Both the position numbers and the translations under genes were made by a program. Shown piece after piece: positions 25,057 to 37,427 of a stretch of DNA of 64,000 nt (position 1 is the stretch's first letter; every line of letters starts with the position of its first letter). Source of the stretch: Protoeuglena noctilucae (lineage: Eukaryota); assembly GCA_958009085.1 (NCBI GenBank), contig OY253670.1:372001-436000 (forward strand). The letters run 5' to 3'. The notes under the pieces were generated by a model. That model had not been told where the DNA came from and did no database searches. It saw only the letters and a program-made list of their open reading frames with translations.

Positions 25057-26087
25057 ATGATTGCCACGGATGGCATCGTTTTCCGACCCAGCCGCCTGAC
25101 CCGGTCTCGGGGTGCAGCGGGTCCCACGCAGGGGCGCACGTTGCTCGGAGCACCACGCTGGCATCAGGCGAACTCCGTTTCGCCCACTGCGTTCGTCCTC
25201 CGCGCTCTCCGCGATGATCGAAGCGTGCGCGACCCGTATGTCGTGCTCGGCGTGCCACGAGGGGTGCGTGGAGCTGCGGCGGGGCTGCCCAGGGAAACGT
25301 ACCCGGCCCGCACGCGCGCGGGACGACGACACGTCGATGACCCCGCCCTCGCAGGCATCTCGAGCGGAAATTCGCATGGCGTATCGCGCCATGATGAAGC
25401 AACTGCACCCGGACGTGAAAAGCGCCGACACAACTGCCGCTGCGGTGGAGGTGCCTCTGCCCGCCCTTTGCGATGCGTGGCGATGCGTGGCAATGTCATC
25501 GTGGTCGCTGTGTGACAAGCGTTGCCCTCCTTCCGTCTCCGGCAGGTCATTGAGGCGTACCGGTCGTTGATGGGCGAGACGCGGGCACGGTTAAGCGAGG
25601 AGGAGGAGAGCGCCCCAACCGGTCCGCAGGGCGACATCTTCGACTTCCCTGAGGGCCCAGCGGACGCCATTTTCGTCGATCCCTTCGCCTGCCTCAACGT
25701 AGACCCGTCGCTGTGGAGGGAGCTGCAGCAGGTCGTGCGCTCTGCGGAAGAGTCGGGGCGTGACCCTTTCGACGCCCTCACCGCCAAGGGCGTGTCGGGC
25801 CAGGGGGCAGTGACGTGGCTGACGCAGTCGCAGCTGTCGGATTTGGAAGAAGAGTTGGAGCTCATGGAGAAGTCCTTTTCCTACGAGACGTCACGATACT
25901 ACGTGCAGGACTGCCTGCTGCGAGCCAGGTGAGGGAGGGACTCAATGCATGACGTGGTTACTCGGCGCTAGTCACTGTTACTCAGAAGAGACGTCGCCGC
26001 ACTTCCGCACCAGCCACCTCAGCAGCTGCGCCTCTCCCCCATGCCCGCAGCGGTGCCTACAACCGTGGTACACGAGGCTTTGGATGA
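25057..26087 (+). CDS. Plastid-type J-domain protein with a degenerate ferredoxin-like C-terminal region
   Basis: Transit-peptide-like start, DPYVVLGV, AYRAMMKQLHPDV (HPD motif), then FDFPEGPADAIFVDPFAC and VTWLTQSQLSDLE. Confidence 0.8.
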
Positions 26088-26095
26088 GGCGGTTC

Positions 26096-26100
26096 TGTAA
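26096..26100 (+). promoter_or_regulatory. Candidate chlorophyte-type polyadenylation signal TGTAA
   Basis: TGTAA 8 nt after the J-protein stop. UGUAA is the established chlorophyte signal, but a 5-mer can occur by chance. Confidence 0.4.
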
Positions 26101-26370
26101 GGCAATGCCAGTTTCTAGCATGCCACGCCTCAGTGCCAGGTGGCTGTTTGCTTGCTATGGGTCCCTGACATGTTCTGACCCACATCACATCTATCCACTC
26201 ACATTTTTGGGTGCCCATTTATCCCCTTTTTCTTGCCAGCCGCTGAGCATCCCACTTCCCAGGGCCCCTCCCAGTGTTGCTGTTGCCGTCATCGCCTTTG
26301 GCACGTTTCAACCAAGCCGTCGCACGCACGGCAGCAGCCACGCTCGCCCGCCCGCCGAGCCCCTCGGCTC

Positions 26371-29300
26371 TCATCGCCGGTCCGTCTTGCCCTGCTTGCG
26401 CTTCCCCGAGAAGAGGTGCTTGGGCATCTTGTTGAACAGGCGACGGTCAGCCTCGCCAGCGCGCGCCCGGTGCTTGTCCATCGACAGGTGTCGCTGCGGG
26501 GAGCAAAGCACGAAATGCAATTCGAATATACTCACAAGTGACTCCGGCGCAGCAGACGCGCCGCAGCGGGTGCGCGGGAGCGAGTGATGGGTGCCCTCAG
26601 GCGGACGATGATGGTCGCCCTTTAGTTTTGTCAACACGATCCATCGGCCGGTGCTACCCAGCCATTCAGGTCTCAAAGATTGCATTCCCTCGCAGGGCAC
26701 CTTCCCCCGCGCGAACCACGCCAGAGTTGCGGTTCGCAACCACGCTCTTTTTGCGCTGTACACACATGACCACTCCCGCCCCCACTCGCCTGCGCCACGT
26801 CCCCCATCTTGAGCGATTTGTTCCTCTGCGATGCGTCCTTGAGGCCGGACCCGGGCGCCACGGGCGCCATCGACACGCTCCGTCCCCGCGACAGGCTGCG
26901 GCTGGGCTTGGAGTGCGTGCGCACCCGCTTGCGCCCCTCCCCGCCCATCTCCGCGTCCCCGTCGTCGTCGACCTCCGCGCCGCCCCTGGAAGAGGCGCGG
27001 GACTCGCTCAGGCCGCGCTTGAGGGGGCGCCCGCGCGACTGGGACCTGCAAGCACAACACGGGAGGAGGGTGCAGTGGGGCGCATCGGGTGCGGTCACTC
27101 ATGTAGCATAAAGCAAACGATCCAGGCGGTGAAACATATGCTTAGCAGGGAAAAGCAGGGTGGTATGAGCGAGTCTTAGTGAGCCCTGCAAGTGAGGACC
27201 CAGCCCTCCTCTCACCGTATCCGCGCCTCTGCCGCAGTCGTGTCCACCCCCCGCCCCCGCAGCTCCTCCCTGGCCCTCTCTAGCCTCTCGTCTCCCGCGT
27301 ACGAGGCCACCGTGCGTGGCACCACCGGGTTGTTGGACGCACGGACCTTCTTCTCCCGACTCAAGGCCTGGGGACGCAACACAAAGGGTGGGGCGTAAGG
27401 CATCGGCACGTGTGGGGGGCTGCGAGTGGCGTGCGTTGTGTGTGGGACGGGCACCAAGCGTGCCAGGCGTGCTTGTGCTAGTAGTTGTCACAAAGCACCA
27501 ACATGGCATCGTCCCCCCCGTCGCTTCCTCACCTTGAGCTTCTTCTTCTTGTCGTTGATGCGCATAAGCAGAGCACGGTCCTCTGGGGTCAGGTCCTCCT
27601 CTGCAGGGATGGCTTCCGCCATCGACTGCTCCTGAAAGCACGATAAGACACGACGGACATGAGGTTGAGGCTGACTTTGAGGTTGAAGCGGGGTCAACGA
27701 GGGAGGCGCCGAGATAGATGCACTCCTAACTAGCTCGGTTGCAGTCGGATGCAGCCGCTTGCTGCCATGTCACACGCTGTGGTGTGGCATGCCGTTAGTC
27801 AGCACCCACCCCCGCTACCTCCACATCTCACCCGCACCCACCTGCCAGTCTCACCTGCCACTCCCTCAGCATCTCGTCCCCCTCCCTTCTACCACCACCC
27901 TAACAACTCTCACCTGCCACTCCCTCAGCATCTCACCCCACCACCACCCGCTCATCTCACCTGCCACTCCCTGAGCATCTCGTCCTCCTCCCTTCCACCA
28001 CCCACCCGCAAAGCCTCACCTGCCACTCCCTCCTTACCACCTGCCACTACCCCACCAACTCTCACCTGCCACTCCCTGAGCATCTCGTCCTCCTCCCTCT
28101 CCAGCGCCTCCAGCTTCGCGTCGATGTCCGGGTCCACGAAATCCGCCACGTTGTGCCCGTCGAGCGTCTCTGGCATGACGTCGTAACGCCAGTCCGCCGG
28201 CAGGTCGTACATCTTCCGCAAGTCCGCGTTGTAGACACCCGCGCCGCCGTTCTCCTCTTGCAAATCGCGCTGTGAGTTATGGAAGCGGAAAAGACTGCAT
28301 TTGCACGTAGCATACACACGGCCAACACGAAACAAGTTCGACAAGCCCGCACCCTCCATCCAGTGTCCATGTTCCATCTCCCACCCCAAACTCTTTTCAC
28401 AAGCCCCTCTCTTCCATTCCCCTAACACACCCGCTTTCACCACCCATAGCACCACCGCGCGCCCCTCACCTCCGTCTTTCTTCGCACCACCTCGCGCCCC
28501 GCCCCTCACCTCCGTCTTTCTTCGCAGCCCCTCCTCCCTGGCCCTCCGCGCCGCCTCCACCCCCGCCGGGATCACGGGCGGCCTCGCCGCACCCCCCGTC
28601 GCCTTGGGCACCGCCACGTGCACCCGATTGGCCACGTCAGCGACTTTCTTCGATCGCAACTTGAGCTGCACCCGCGCCGCCAGCAGCCTCTCGCACGCCA
28701 GGTTCTTGACTGCCTGGACTGACGCGTCGTCTGTCAGAGTCGACATGGCCGCGAAGCACGTCTCGCCCTGGCCGGCGTGGGGCGGGATGCCGCCGTTGGA
28801 GATCTTGGCGGCCTGGGGGGGATGGGGGCGGGGTGGCGGGGGTGTCAGGATGGCGGGGGGGGGTGGGCGGGGGTGTCAGGATGGGGAGTGAGTGGCGGGG
28901 GTGTCAGGATGGGGGGTGAGACAGTGGCAGGGGAGGAACCAAGTGGCACAGACCCTCGACATCCCAGCCACCACCCACCACCCCACCCACCCCGCCCTGC
29001 CCTTACCTCCCCCACCATCTCTTGCGCAGTCCGCCAAACACCCCAAACCACACACACCCGCTCTACCCACTCCACCCTCCCCTCACCTCCACCACATCTC
29101 CTGCACACACCCTCAACAACCCCACCAACACACACCAACTCCCCACCCCACCCTCCCCTCACCTCCTACACCATCTCCTGCACAGGCCCTCAACATCCAC
29201 ACCACCCCACCCTCTCACCTCCTCCACCATCTCCTGCACGAGCCCCCTGGCCTCCTCCCCCAGTGCCTCGTAGGGCGTCACGTCGACCTTGTTCACCACC

Positions 29301-31044
29301 ACCAGCACGGGCTTGTTGGCGAAAAGGGGCTTGATGCTGTGGAAAAGCGCGGCCTGCTGTGCGACCGAGTACCCGCACTGCTCGGAGACGTCGACCAGGT
29401 ACAGCACAGCGGCGCGCAAATGGGCCATGGCTGTGATGGACTGCATCTCGATCGTGTTGCGCTCCTCCAGGGGACGGTCCAGGATACCGGGGGAGTCCAC
29501 CACCTGCCACCGAAGGTACTTGTAGTCTGCAAGCAAGGCGAGGGGCGGGAGGGTGTCAATGGAGGGTGTCGGTGCAGTCAAGCACCTGCCAGCGGAGGTG
29601 CTTAGTGACTGTCGAATAAGTGATGGGTGGGGAATGCTACGTGGGAGGCTTGTGTGTCAGACTAAATGCGTGCGTCTGAGTGAGCCACGGTGTGCGTGCC
29701 GCTCCAAGTTGAAGGGAAGGTGCAAGTGGCATCTCATGCTCTGCTCTAATGTGATACCTCACCGAGGTGCCCGACGTAGAGCGACTTGGTGGTGAAGGCG
29801 TACGGCTGAACCTCCACGTCCGCCCGCGTGACCTTGTTAATGAACGAGGACTTGCCCACGTTGGGGTAGCCGCAGACGAGGAGCGTGCGGGTGTTGGGGT
29901 CGATCGATGGAAGGCGCGACATGTGCTGGCGGACCTGCGGGGAGGGTGGGCGACGGCAGGGGGTCTCGGCCCTGACCGCCCCACCCGTCGCGTGCGACGC
30001 ACGCCAGCTATCGCGCAATCCCAAAGGCGCCACTGCGCTGATCGGAGCAGTCGCAAGCCCTCCGGATGCAGCCCGTCGCGTCCCCGCGCCCAACGCCCCC
30101 TCCTCGCTGCCCTGGGTTCAGCTCACCTGCTCCAGGTAGGCCAGCGAGGGCCCCTGGCGCTTGATGATCGTGCACATGCGGCCCAGCGCGGCGCGCTTGA
30201 GCGTCTTCGCCCGATATTGAGAGTCCGCGTACTTGAGCATGCGAACGTAGTCGTTGGCGAGCTTGTCGATCAGCGTGCGCGCCATGTTGACCTGGCCCAG
30301 CGCGAGCTTGTAGTGGTCCTTGTCGTACAGCACGTTCATGAGGTCCGCGTAGAAGGGATGAATCTCGTCCACCTGCGGAGGCCGGGCGGCGGGCCTCGGA
30401 ACAACCCGCCACGTCCCAGCAGCCGGCGGGGCAGAAAGCCACCGCTCGGAGCTCGCGCGGCCCCGGTGCGTGGGGAGAGGAAGGCACAAAGAATCATCTA
30501 CAACATCGGCTGGGTTGCGGGGGAGGAGAACGTGCGTGCGCGGCGGCGGCGCGCGTAGACCTAGCAGCAGACTGAAGGACCGGCGCGAGGGCCTCCGCCG
30601 ACGCACGCGCTGCCGCGGCGAGCGGCAATGGCGATGGCGGAAAGCAGAAATGCTTGCACATTCGCAGCGCACCGAGAGGCCGGGTCGGATGGGAAAGGAC
30701 ACCGCGCGCGCGCAGCCGGCAGAGTGTGAGCGTGCTGCGCATCGCTCCGGACCGGCCAGGAGAAGCTCCCCTGGCGCATATAAACCACACGGTCCCACAC
30801 GCAGCGTGGGGCGTCCACCGCACGCCCTCACCTTGGGGAAGTCCTCCAGAATCTGCCCGAGGCGCTCGTTCCACGTCTGCTGGGTGTACTTGACCTTGCG
30901 CATGTAGAAGGACCGAATGCGCGTGATGTGCCACCCCGCATGATTCACGGTGGGCGTCTGCCGCTGCGTCTTCGACAGGACAATGTCGATGAAGTCCTTG
31001 GCCGTCGGCACGACCTTCATGGCCTTGAAGTTGTACGTCGGCAT
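26371..31044 (-). CDS. NOG1: Nucleolar GTP-binding protein 1
   Basis: [74 protein letters not shown]. Confidence 0.97.
27839..28097 (-). repeat. About 5-6 degenerate copies of NOG1 exon end plus donor
   Basis: ctcacctgccactccct(g/c)agcatctc core at 27850, 27908, 27956 and 28061, with partial copies at 28015 and 28038. Confidence 0.88.
28461..28526 (-). repeat. 26-bp exact repeat of NOG1 exon end plus donor (period 40)
   Basis: gcccctcacctccgtctttcttcgca at 28461 and 28501. Confidence 0.92.
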
Positions 31045-31583
31045 GACGGACCCGGGCGACGGAACGCAGCGACAGCCACTCTCGACGCTGGGCTGGCGGC
31101 CCCGCCCCGCCGCGTCGCCCCTCGCTCTGCTCCCTAGTTGGCCGGGTGCAACCTCTCCGCTAGTTTAGACTAAATGCAAGTCGCGCAGTCGGATGCCTTG
31201 GATGTGGAGCGACGAGTTCGTGGAAACATCGCGACGATGACCAGAGGATCGGATTTGGCGCACTAGCTAGGGTGCTGCCCTGCGCTGGAATGATGGTTCG
31301 TCGCGTCGGACGCGCTTCGGATATGGCCCGGCCTCTGCAGCGTCTCCTCAAAAAGAGCAACGTCGAATCTGAGTGCCATTGGCTCCGAGAGACTTTCCGG
31401 TTGTCGCATCAAGGCAACGTGCAGTTCCCACGCTCTCCCCGCTCTCTCCGCGCGCGTAGCCATCCTTTTTCCTCCATTCATCTCCCGTCGACATCTCTTA
31501 TTAATAAAGCCCGATTAGGGACTGGATCCTTGTCCAGAGACCTCCGGCCGCGGCTGCCTGCCCCCGTCTCCAGGGGCGGTGTC

Positions 31584-33048
31584 ATGTCAGTCGCCGAGCG
31601 GGTGGCGGACATCGCCGCCTCGCTGTCGTGGCCCTGGAGCAGCATGCACGAGGGCCACAAGATGTCGGAGGAGGACGCGCGCCTCGCCGTCGCCAACTAC
31701 GCGACCTTCAAGCCCGTCGTCCGGATGCGCTTGCTCATGGCCCTCTGGCATCTCCCTGCGAGGGACAAGGCCGCGATCGCCGCGGATCTCGAAAGGCGAG
31801 GCTCACCTCTAACGATGTCGCGTGGGACAGTGCCACGCGCACCTGTAAAGGGTGCCATGCCGCACCACGACCCGACCCAGGCCAAGCCATCAAAAGCCAG
31901 CCGTCTCACACCCCCGCAGGCTCTCTCAGATGGCGCGAGCGGACGATGACCAGTGGGTCCGCGTGGTCGCCGCGGCAGTGGGGGAGTTCCGCGGTCCCTT
32001 GGACCTGCCCAGCCTCGTGGCACTACCAGCGGTCAGGGACACGGTCGACGGCATCGCCCGTGTGCTGGCAGACAACGAGGCAGCGGGAGGTCCACTGATC
32101 GTCCCCGAGGCCGCCTATCTCTCGCCGTACGCCATGCAGTGCCTGGGCCTGCCAGAGCCTCACCCCGAGTCACGGTCACCCCATCTGAAGGCGCGGCCGT
32201 CGCACGTGCCACCCTTCCAGCCCCTGCCGCCCCGGACGCAAGGTGCGGTCGGACCGAGTCCCTGCGATACTTTCGTGAAATACCGCTTTTTGTTTTCACC
32301 CGTCCCTTTGCAGCACAGGGGCATAAACTACAACTGAGTGGGGCATGCGCCTGCTATTTGGGGATAAGCCGCATCTGCAGGTGTGGGACTGGATATGGCG
32401 GGAGGGGTTCTGGGGCGTGCGGGTCCTGCGTCGGGGGAGCGTGCGAACGGGGCCGTGGCAGGCGGGCTGCACGAGGCGGCGAGCGGGGCGGGCGGCGTCG
32501 GGATGGAGAGCGACGGGCTCGAGGTGAGCGGCGGCGCTGCTGTACCTGACAGACGCCGGCATGGGATAGTGCAAACCTCCCAAGCATCGCAGTCATCACC
32601 AGCCACGCCGTTGCCCAGCAGCTTTTGCTGCTTCGCCTGTGTCCAGCATTCCCATCAGCTTCGTTTGTCACCATGATTAAATCTGCTTTGCTGCATGCGC
32701 AGTGGGAGGAGGCGAGCCTCGGGGATGCAGGGCCTGGGCTACTGATGGGGTCGCGTGGCATGGGGGATGGCGGCAGTCTGGGAGTGCCCAGCCGACCAGG
32801 GACGGCGATGGGGTGCGGAACGCAGGCGGCTGCATCGCGCTTGCCTCTTTGTATGGCCCGTCCTGTCCATGGGCCATGCCATGCCGATGTGTGGCTCGGC
32901 GGCTGCTGGCGAAGTGGACACCATCCTTTCATTGCCAGGGTGAAAAGGCGAACATTCTAACACATCTCTGTCTTGCAGGGTGGATGTGGCTTCGCAGGGG
33001 AGTGCGGGAGCAGCGGCGTCCATGCCGGCCAAGCGGCCAAGGCGATGA
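31584..33048 (+). CDS. NELF-A (negative elongation factor A) N-terminal-domain homologue (5 exons)
   Basis: PWSS, VRMRLLMALWHLP, ARADDDQWVRVVA, LDL, PEAAYLSP, HLKARP follow the order of the NELF-A N-terminal motifs. It ends in NLS-like PAKRPRR*. Confidence 0.7.
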
Positions 33049-33629
33049 CAGTGGGGTGCGGAGTGAGGAGCTGTTGAAGCACCGGCGCGTCGCATTTCAC
33101 AGACACTGTTCAACTGTGCACTATTCAACTGTGCCTGGGATGCTGGGGTGCAGGTAGCTAATGGCCCACGGGTCACGGCGTGGCCTGCGGTTGCCTAGTA
33201 CTAGTTGCCTAGCTGTGCTGGTGCCAGGCAGCCAGTCACACACGCTGGCCCGCGATCCACGGCGCGTGGTCGCCGCCGATGCGTTTCGAAACAAGATCAG
33301 GGGAGGAGATTACTCACGGGCGTAACAGCAAACAACAGGACCTGGTGTTGCGCCTCTAGGCCGGAGCGAACACATGACCCCTCGTTAGGACAGGAGCACC
33401 CGGCTGTAATCCAACGAGACAGGCAGGTCCGTGATGAGATCAGAGATCAGAGACAACACATGATGCGTAACAGAGGCAGCTCTCAGCATGCACTGCGGGC
33501 AGCTGAGGTTTCGCGCGATGTACGTGAGGGTGTTTCGTGATAAACCCAGCAGGAGTGCTATTACATGTGGAATCAAGGTTTGCTATCGAATGACCGGTCG
33601 GAGTAGGCGGGAGGGGCGCCGGTGGCCGG

Positions 33630-36600
33630 TCAGCGGCTCTCACGCTCGACGGCCTCTGGCGCAGCTGCGGACTTCCCCGTGTTAGCCGGGGACGCGGCCA
33701 GGTGCGTCTGATAGACGGTCTGAATTCCCGCGCCTTTGGTGTACATCTCGACGGATACGAAGCCAGCTGAGGAGGGGCCCTGGCTGGATCGCATCGTCTT
33801 GGCACTGCGGAGGGAGGGAGGGAGCGGGGCATGGAAATGAAAAAACAAACGTTAAGGACCGATCGCTGGCACGGCGAGGATGTAAATATGATGGAACAAA
33901 ATAACAACACGATCTTCGCTGATTCCTGCAGGGCGCAGCGTGGTTCAGGCGAGGTCGTGAAAGCGCGACGTCGCAAGCACTAGCGTCCCCTCACCTCGCG
34001 CTCATCCAACCCACGGGAGTCCTGTCCAGCAGCTGCGTGACGTCCGACACCGCCTCGCCCATCACCGTGAGCGTCGGCTGGGCCCGGCCGAGCACGGCCG
34101 CCCCCACCGCACCCGTCGCCACTGCAACCTTGCACCCAGGGGTGAGCCGGGTCGCTGACCACCCCGTCAGGTGCATGGCTGCGTGGAAGAGCTGCCTCGC
34201 GACGTTGGCCGCCATGGCCGGGTGGTTGCGCAGGGGTGCGCGGAGGTTGAGGGCCACCACGAGGGTGGCGTTGCGAGTCAGGGGCTCCACCTTGGTCAGA
34301 CCGGTCATGCCTGCGGGGGCGGTGACGGGTGTCGTCAAATGTCGCCAACCGGTCGAGCCATTGCGCCTCGGCCGCGGCTGATGAGTGCAAACAGTAATAC
34401 TAGGTTGTACGGCGCAGGCGCACGGACTGCAGGGCTGTCGCGCCGCTCACTCGCGGCGATCCTCTCCATCGCGCAGTGCAGCTCGTTGGCCAGAAACACC
34501 GAGGCGTCCAGGCGGTCCGTGCAGGCCTCCCGCTGCAGGCCCGCCAGCTCCACGGCCACCAGCGTCACGTCGCTCGCCGTGTAGAGGAAGCCGCTCGAGG
34601 GACGCTCGCTCGCAGCAGACGACTCGACCTTGCTCCGGGTGTCGCTCAGCATCTCGCTCGGCATCACGCGCCCGGACCTCCCGCCCGCGCTCGCCGCGCG
34701 GCCGCGCAGGCCCTGCCACGCCGCCACCGCTTCGTTCGCCGGCAGCACGACCTCGCCGGTCCGCTCGTTGTCGGGGCCGAGCGCGCTCTTCACGCGCCCC
34801 GGGTCCGCGGGCGACACGCGCCTGGCGAAACGCCCCTCGGGCGCGTGGCTGCCCCGCGTCACGCGCACGCCGGGCGATACCGCCTCGCCCGTCTCGGAAG
34901 TGAGCCGGTGGGATGGCCCGTTCGACGGACCCATGGGGAAGCTGTCCACCGAGTCCTCCTCCTCTGCGACGCTGCAGTGCTTGGCGCATGCCGCGAAACG
35001 CTTCGTCTTGAAAGGCTCCTGGCCACCGTCGGGGTCCTTCATGGCAATCTGGCGCAGCGGGTACTGCGTGCGGGGTGGGTGAGAGAGCGACGTCGCTGGT
35101 GCGCGTCAAAGTGCTGAGACGCTCTGATTGCCTGTGAGAGAGTGTGGAGGGCGGCAGCGCTGGCGCAGCCCAGTCACTCCGCTTGCACCAGCCGAGTGCA
35201 ACGCATATCACTACTGGGCCCCCCCATGACCATCCTCACCTCTGCGGCCTCCTGGGGTAGCATGTTGAGGATGAGGCGGTCGCGGGCGTGGAGGGCGAGG
35301 GAGCTGCTGAGCTTTACGATGGCCATGTTGAGGAGCGCAAAGAGCAACGCAAGGACCGACAGCATGTCGACCGTGACCCACGGCAGGCTGGCCGACCCCG
35401 TGACGACCACGAGCCCAATGGCGCCGACCATGATCGTCCACAGACCCCAGCCGAGGAGGTGCAGGGCTCCGGAGATGTCGGACTCAACCGTGGGGCGCAC
35501 AGCCGACGACAGCGGGTGCGTGCCCAGGCGCGCTGCCTTCTCCGAGCTCGCCATGCCTCCGTGCAGCGCCGTGCTGCGGGACAGACGCGAGCGTGGGGCG
35601 AGATGGGAAGGTTGAGGAGGTGCATGTGGGATCAATGGAGCCAACTTGCAAGCATGCATGCCCCATCACCAGCAGGCCCAGCACACGCAGTTACAAAAGC
35701 CTCAGTACGTGAACCACAGCAACCTCTCACCAGTAGATCCAGTACATGAACCACCAAAGGAGCGTGACTCCCAAAGCTCCAACGAAGTGCCCGGCCGCCG
35801 GCGGGGCGTACTTCCCACCGTGGAGCTCATGGTAGGCGGCGCCGCCCATGTCGTGGAAGTGGCCGACGTGCGCGAGCGTTGAGATGGTGCCCGTGGCCAG
35901 CAGCGTGCCGAACTCAAGGGCGACGGGCACGGCGACGCCCGTGTGCATGGCGACGGCGTAGATGCCGGGCCAGAAGAGGGCGTCGCGCACGCGCATGGCG
36001 AGAAAGGCGTCGGGGAGGTAGGCGAACCATCCCACCCCGCCGCGCCACGCGCCCAGCAGCATTGCGGCGACGCCCAGCTGGAACACGGAGCCGGCGATGG
36101 GGACCAGGGTCTGGCAGGTGCGCTTGCGACAGAGGCAGCACGCGACGAGGGTGATGCCCACGGAGCCGACGCATACGGACGAGCATGCGAGGACGAAGAG
36201 CCATGGCGCGCCGCGAGCAGAAGCGACTGTCCCAGCCGCTTCCGCGGTCGCGCGCGAGGTACGCCATGACGCCGCATTCGTTGGCGGGGGAGATGACCTG
36301 CGGGATGGCCAGGACGGGGTGGGCGGGTCTGGAACGCGTGTTCGGAGGAAATCTTTGGGAGAAGCGGAAATGCAAACGAGCGCATGTGCACCTCAACCCA
36401 AGTCCCGCGAGACAAATCAGCGCGCACGCACCTCGAACCACGTCCCGGCCAGGAAGAACGGTAAAAGGAGCGCGTGAGCGAAGAACATCTTGTGCCGCGA
36501 ATTGAGCGTCAGGTCCCAACCCTTGAGGGCGACGTTCCCGCTGAGCCTGGCCGCCCAAACGAGCATGCGGCTGACGAGGCCCGCGAGCCTGGCGGGCGGC

Positions 36601-37129
36601 GCGTCGGCCGCGGGGGCCGCCGACCACAGACCCTCGCTCCCGGGCGGCCCCGCGGGCGGAGCGATTGCCCCGGAGCGATCGGACGTCTCCGCTGATAGGA
36701 TGGAAGTGGTGTGTCGCTCAGCGACCGGCACCGTAGGAGGGGCCCGCGATCGGGAGCGCGAGGGCTGCCGCGACCGGGACCCAGAGCAGCGAGACTCCGG
36801 CCGGTCGTGGTGGCGGCCGTAATACAGCTCCGCATCTGCTCTGAGCTTNNNNNNNNNNNNNNNNNNNNNNNNNNNNNNNNNNNNNNNNNNNNNNNNNNNN
36901 NNNNNNNNNNNNNNNNNNNNNNNNNNNNNNNNNNNNNNNNNNNNNNNNNNNNNNNNNNNNNNNNNNNNNNNNNNNNNNNNNNNNNNNNNNNNNNNNNNNN
37001 NNNNNNNNNNNNNNNNNNNNNNNNNNNNNNNNNNNNNNNNNNNNNNNNCATATCGCGGACGGCGCAAGCGGACGCCTCGGCGCAATGCCCCCAGCGCGCA
37101 CCCTGATCAGTGGGCTCCAGCGCCAACAT
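33630..37129 (-). CDS. Multi-pass membrane protein with a degenerate class III nucleotide cyclase domain (paralog A, spans the N gap)
   Basis: About 8 hydrophobic segments, RDRLILNMLP, DVTLVAVELAGL, LANELH, TKVE, VATGAVGAAVLGRAQP..MGEAV, KGAGIQTVY. Confidence 0.78.
36849..37048. other. Assembly gap (200 N)
   Basis: Run of N; the round length suggests a placeholder. Confidence 0.99.
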
Positions 37130-37427
37130 GGGCTCCCGCGGTCGGCGGCTGCAGAAGTGCAATGCAACAATGCTCACGCAAAGCGAATTACGGGCTTTGG
37201 GGCTGTGCTAACCACGGAGCGCTTTCAAATGCAGGTTTTCCTAAGGGGGCACCCTCACGACGTCCCCGCGAAGGGAACGTACAGATGTTGTTTGGCACTG
37301 GACCATGCCAATGGGTGGCAGCAGGCGAAGACGCGCGAAACGGGGACGCGGGCAAATGAGTAGGGCAAAGTCTCTCATGTTTCGCATTGAGCAATGCGCA
37401 TTGCTGACAAAAGACGGTCGCGATTTA

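Noticed and set aside
27839..28097. CRISPR-like repeat-spacer array
   Set aside because: The repeats are degenerate copies of the adjacent exon/donor with low-complexity spacers in a eukaryotic intron, and there are no cas genes.
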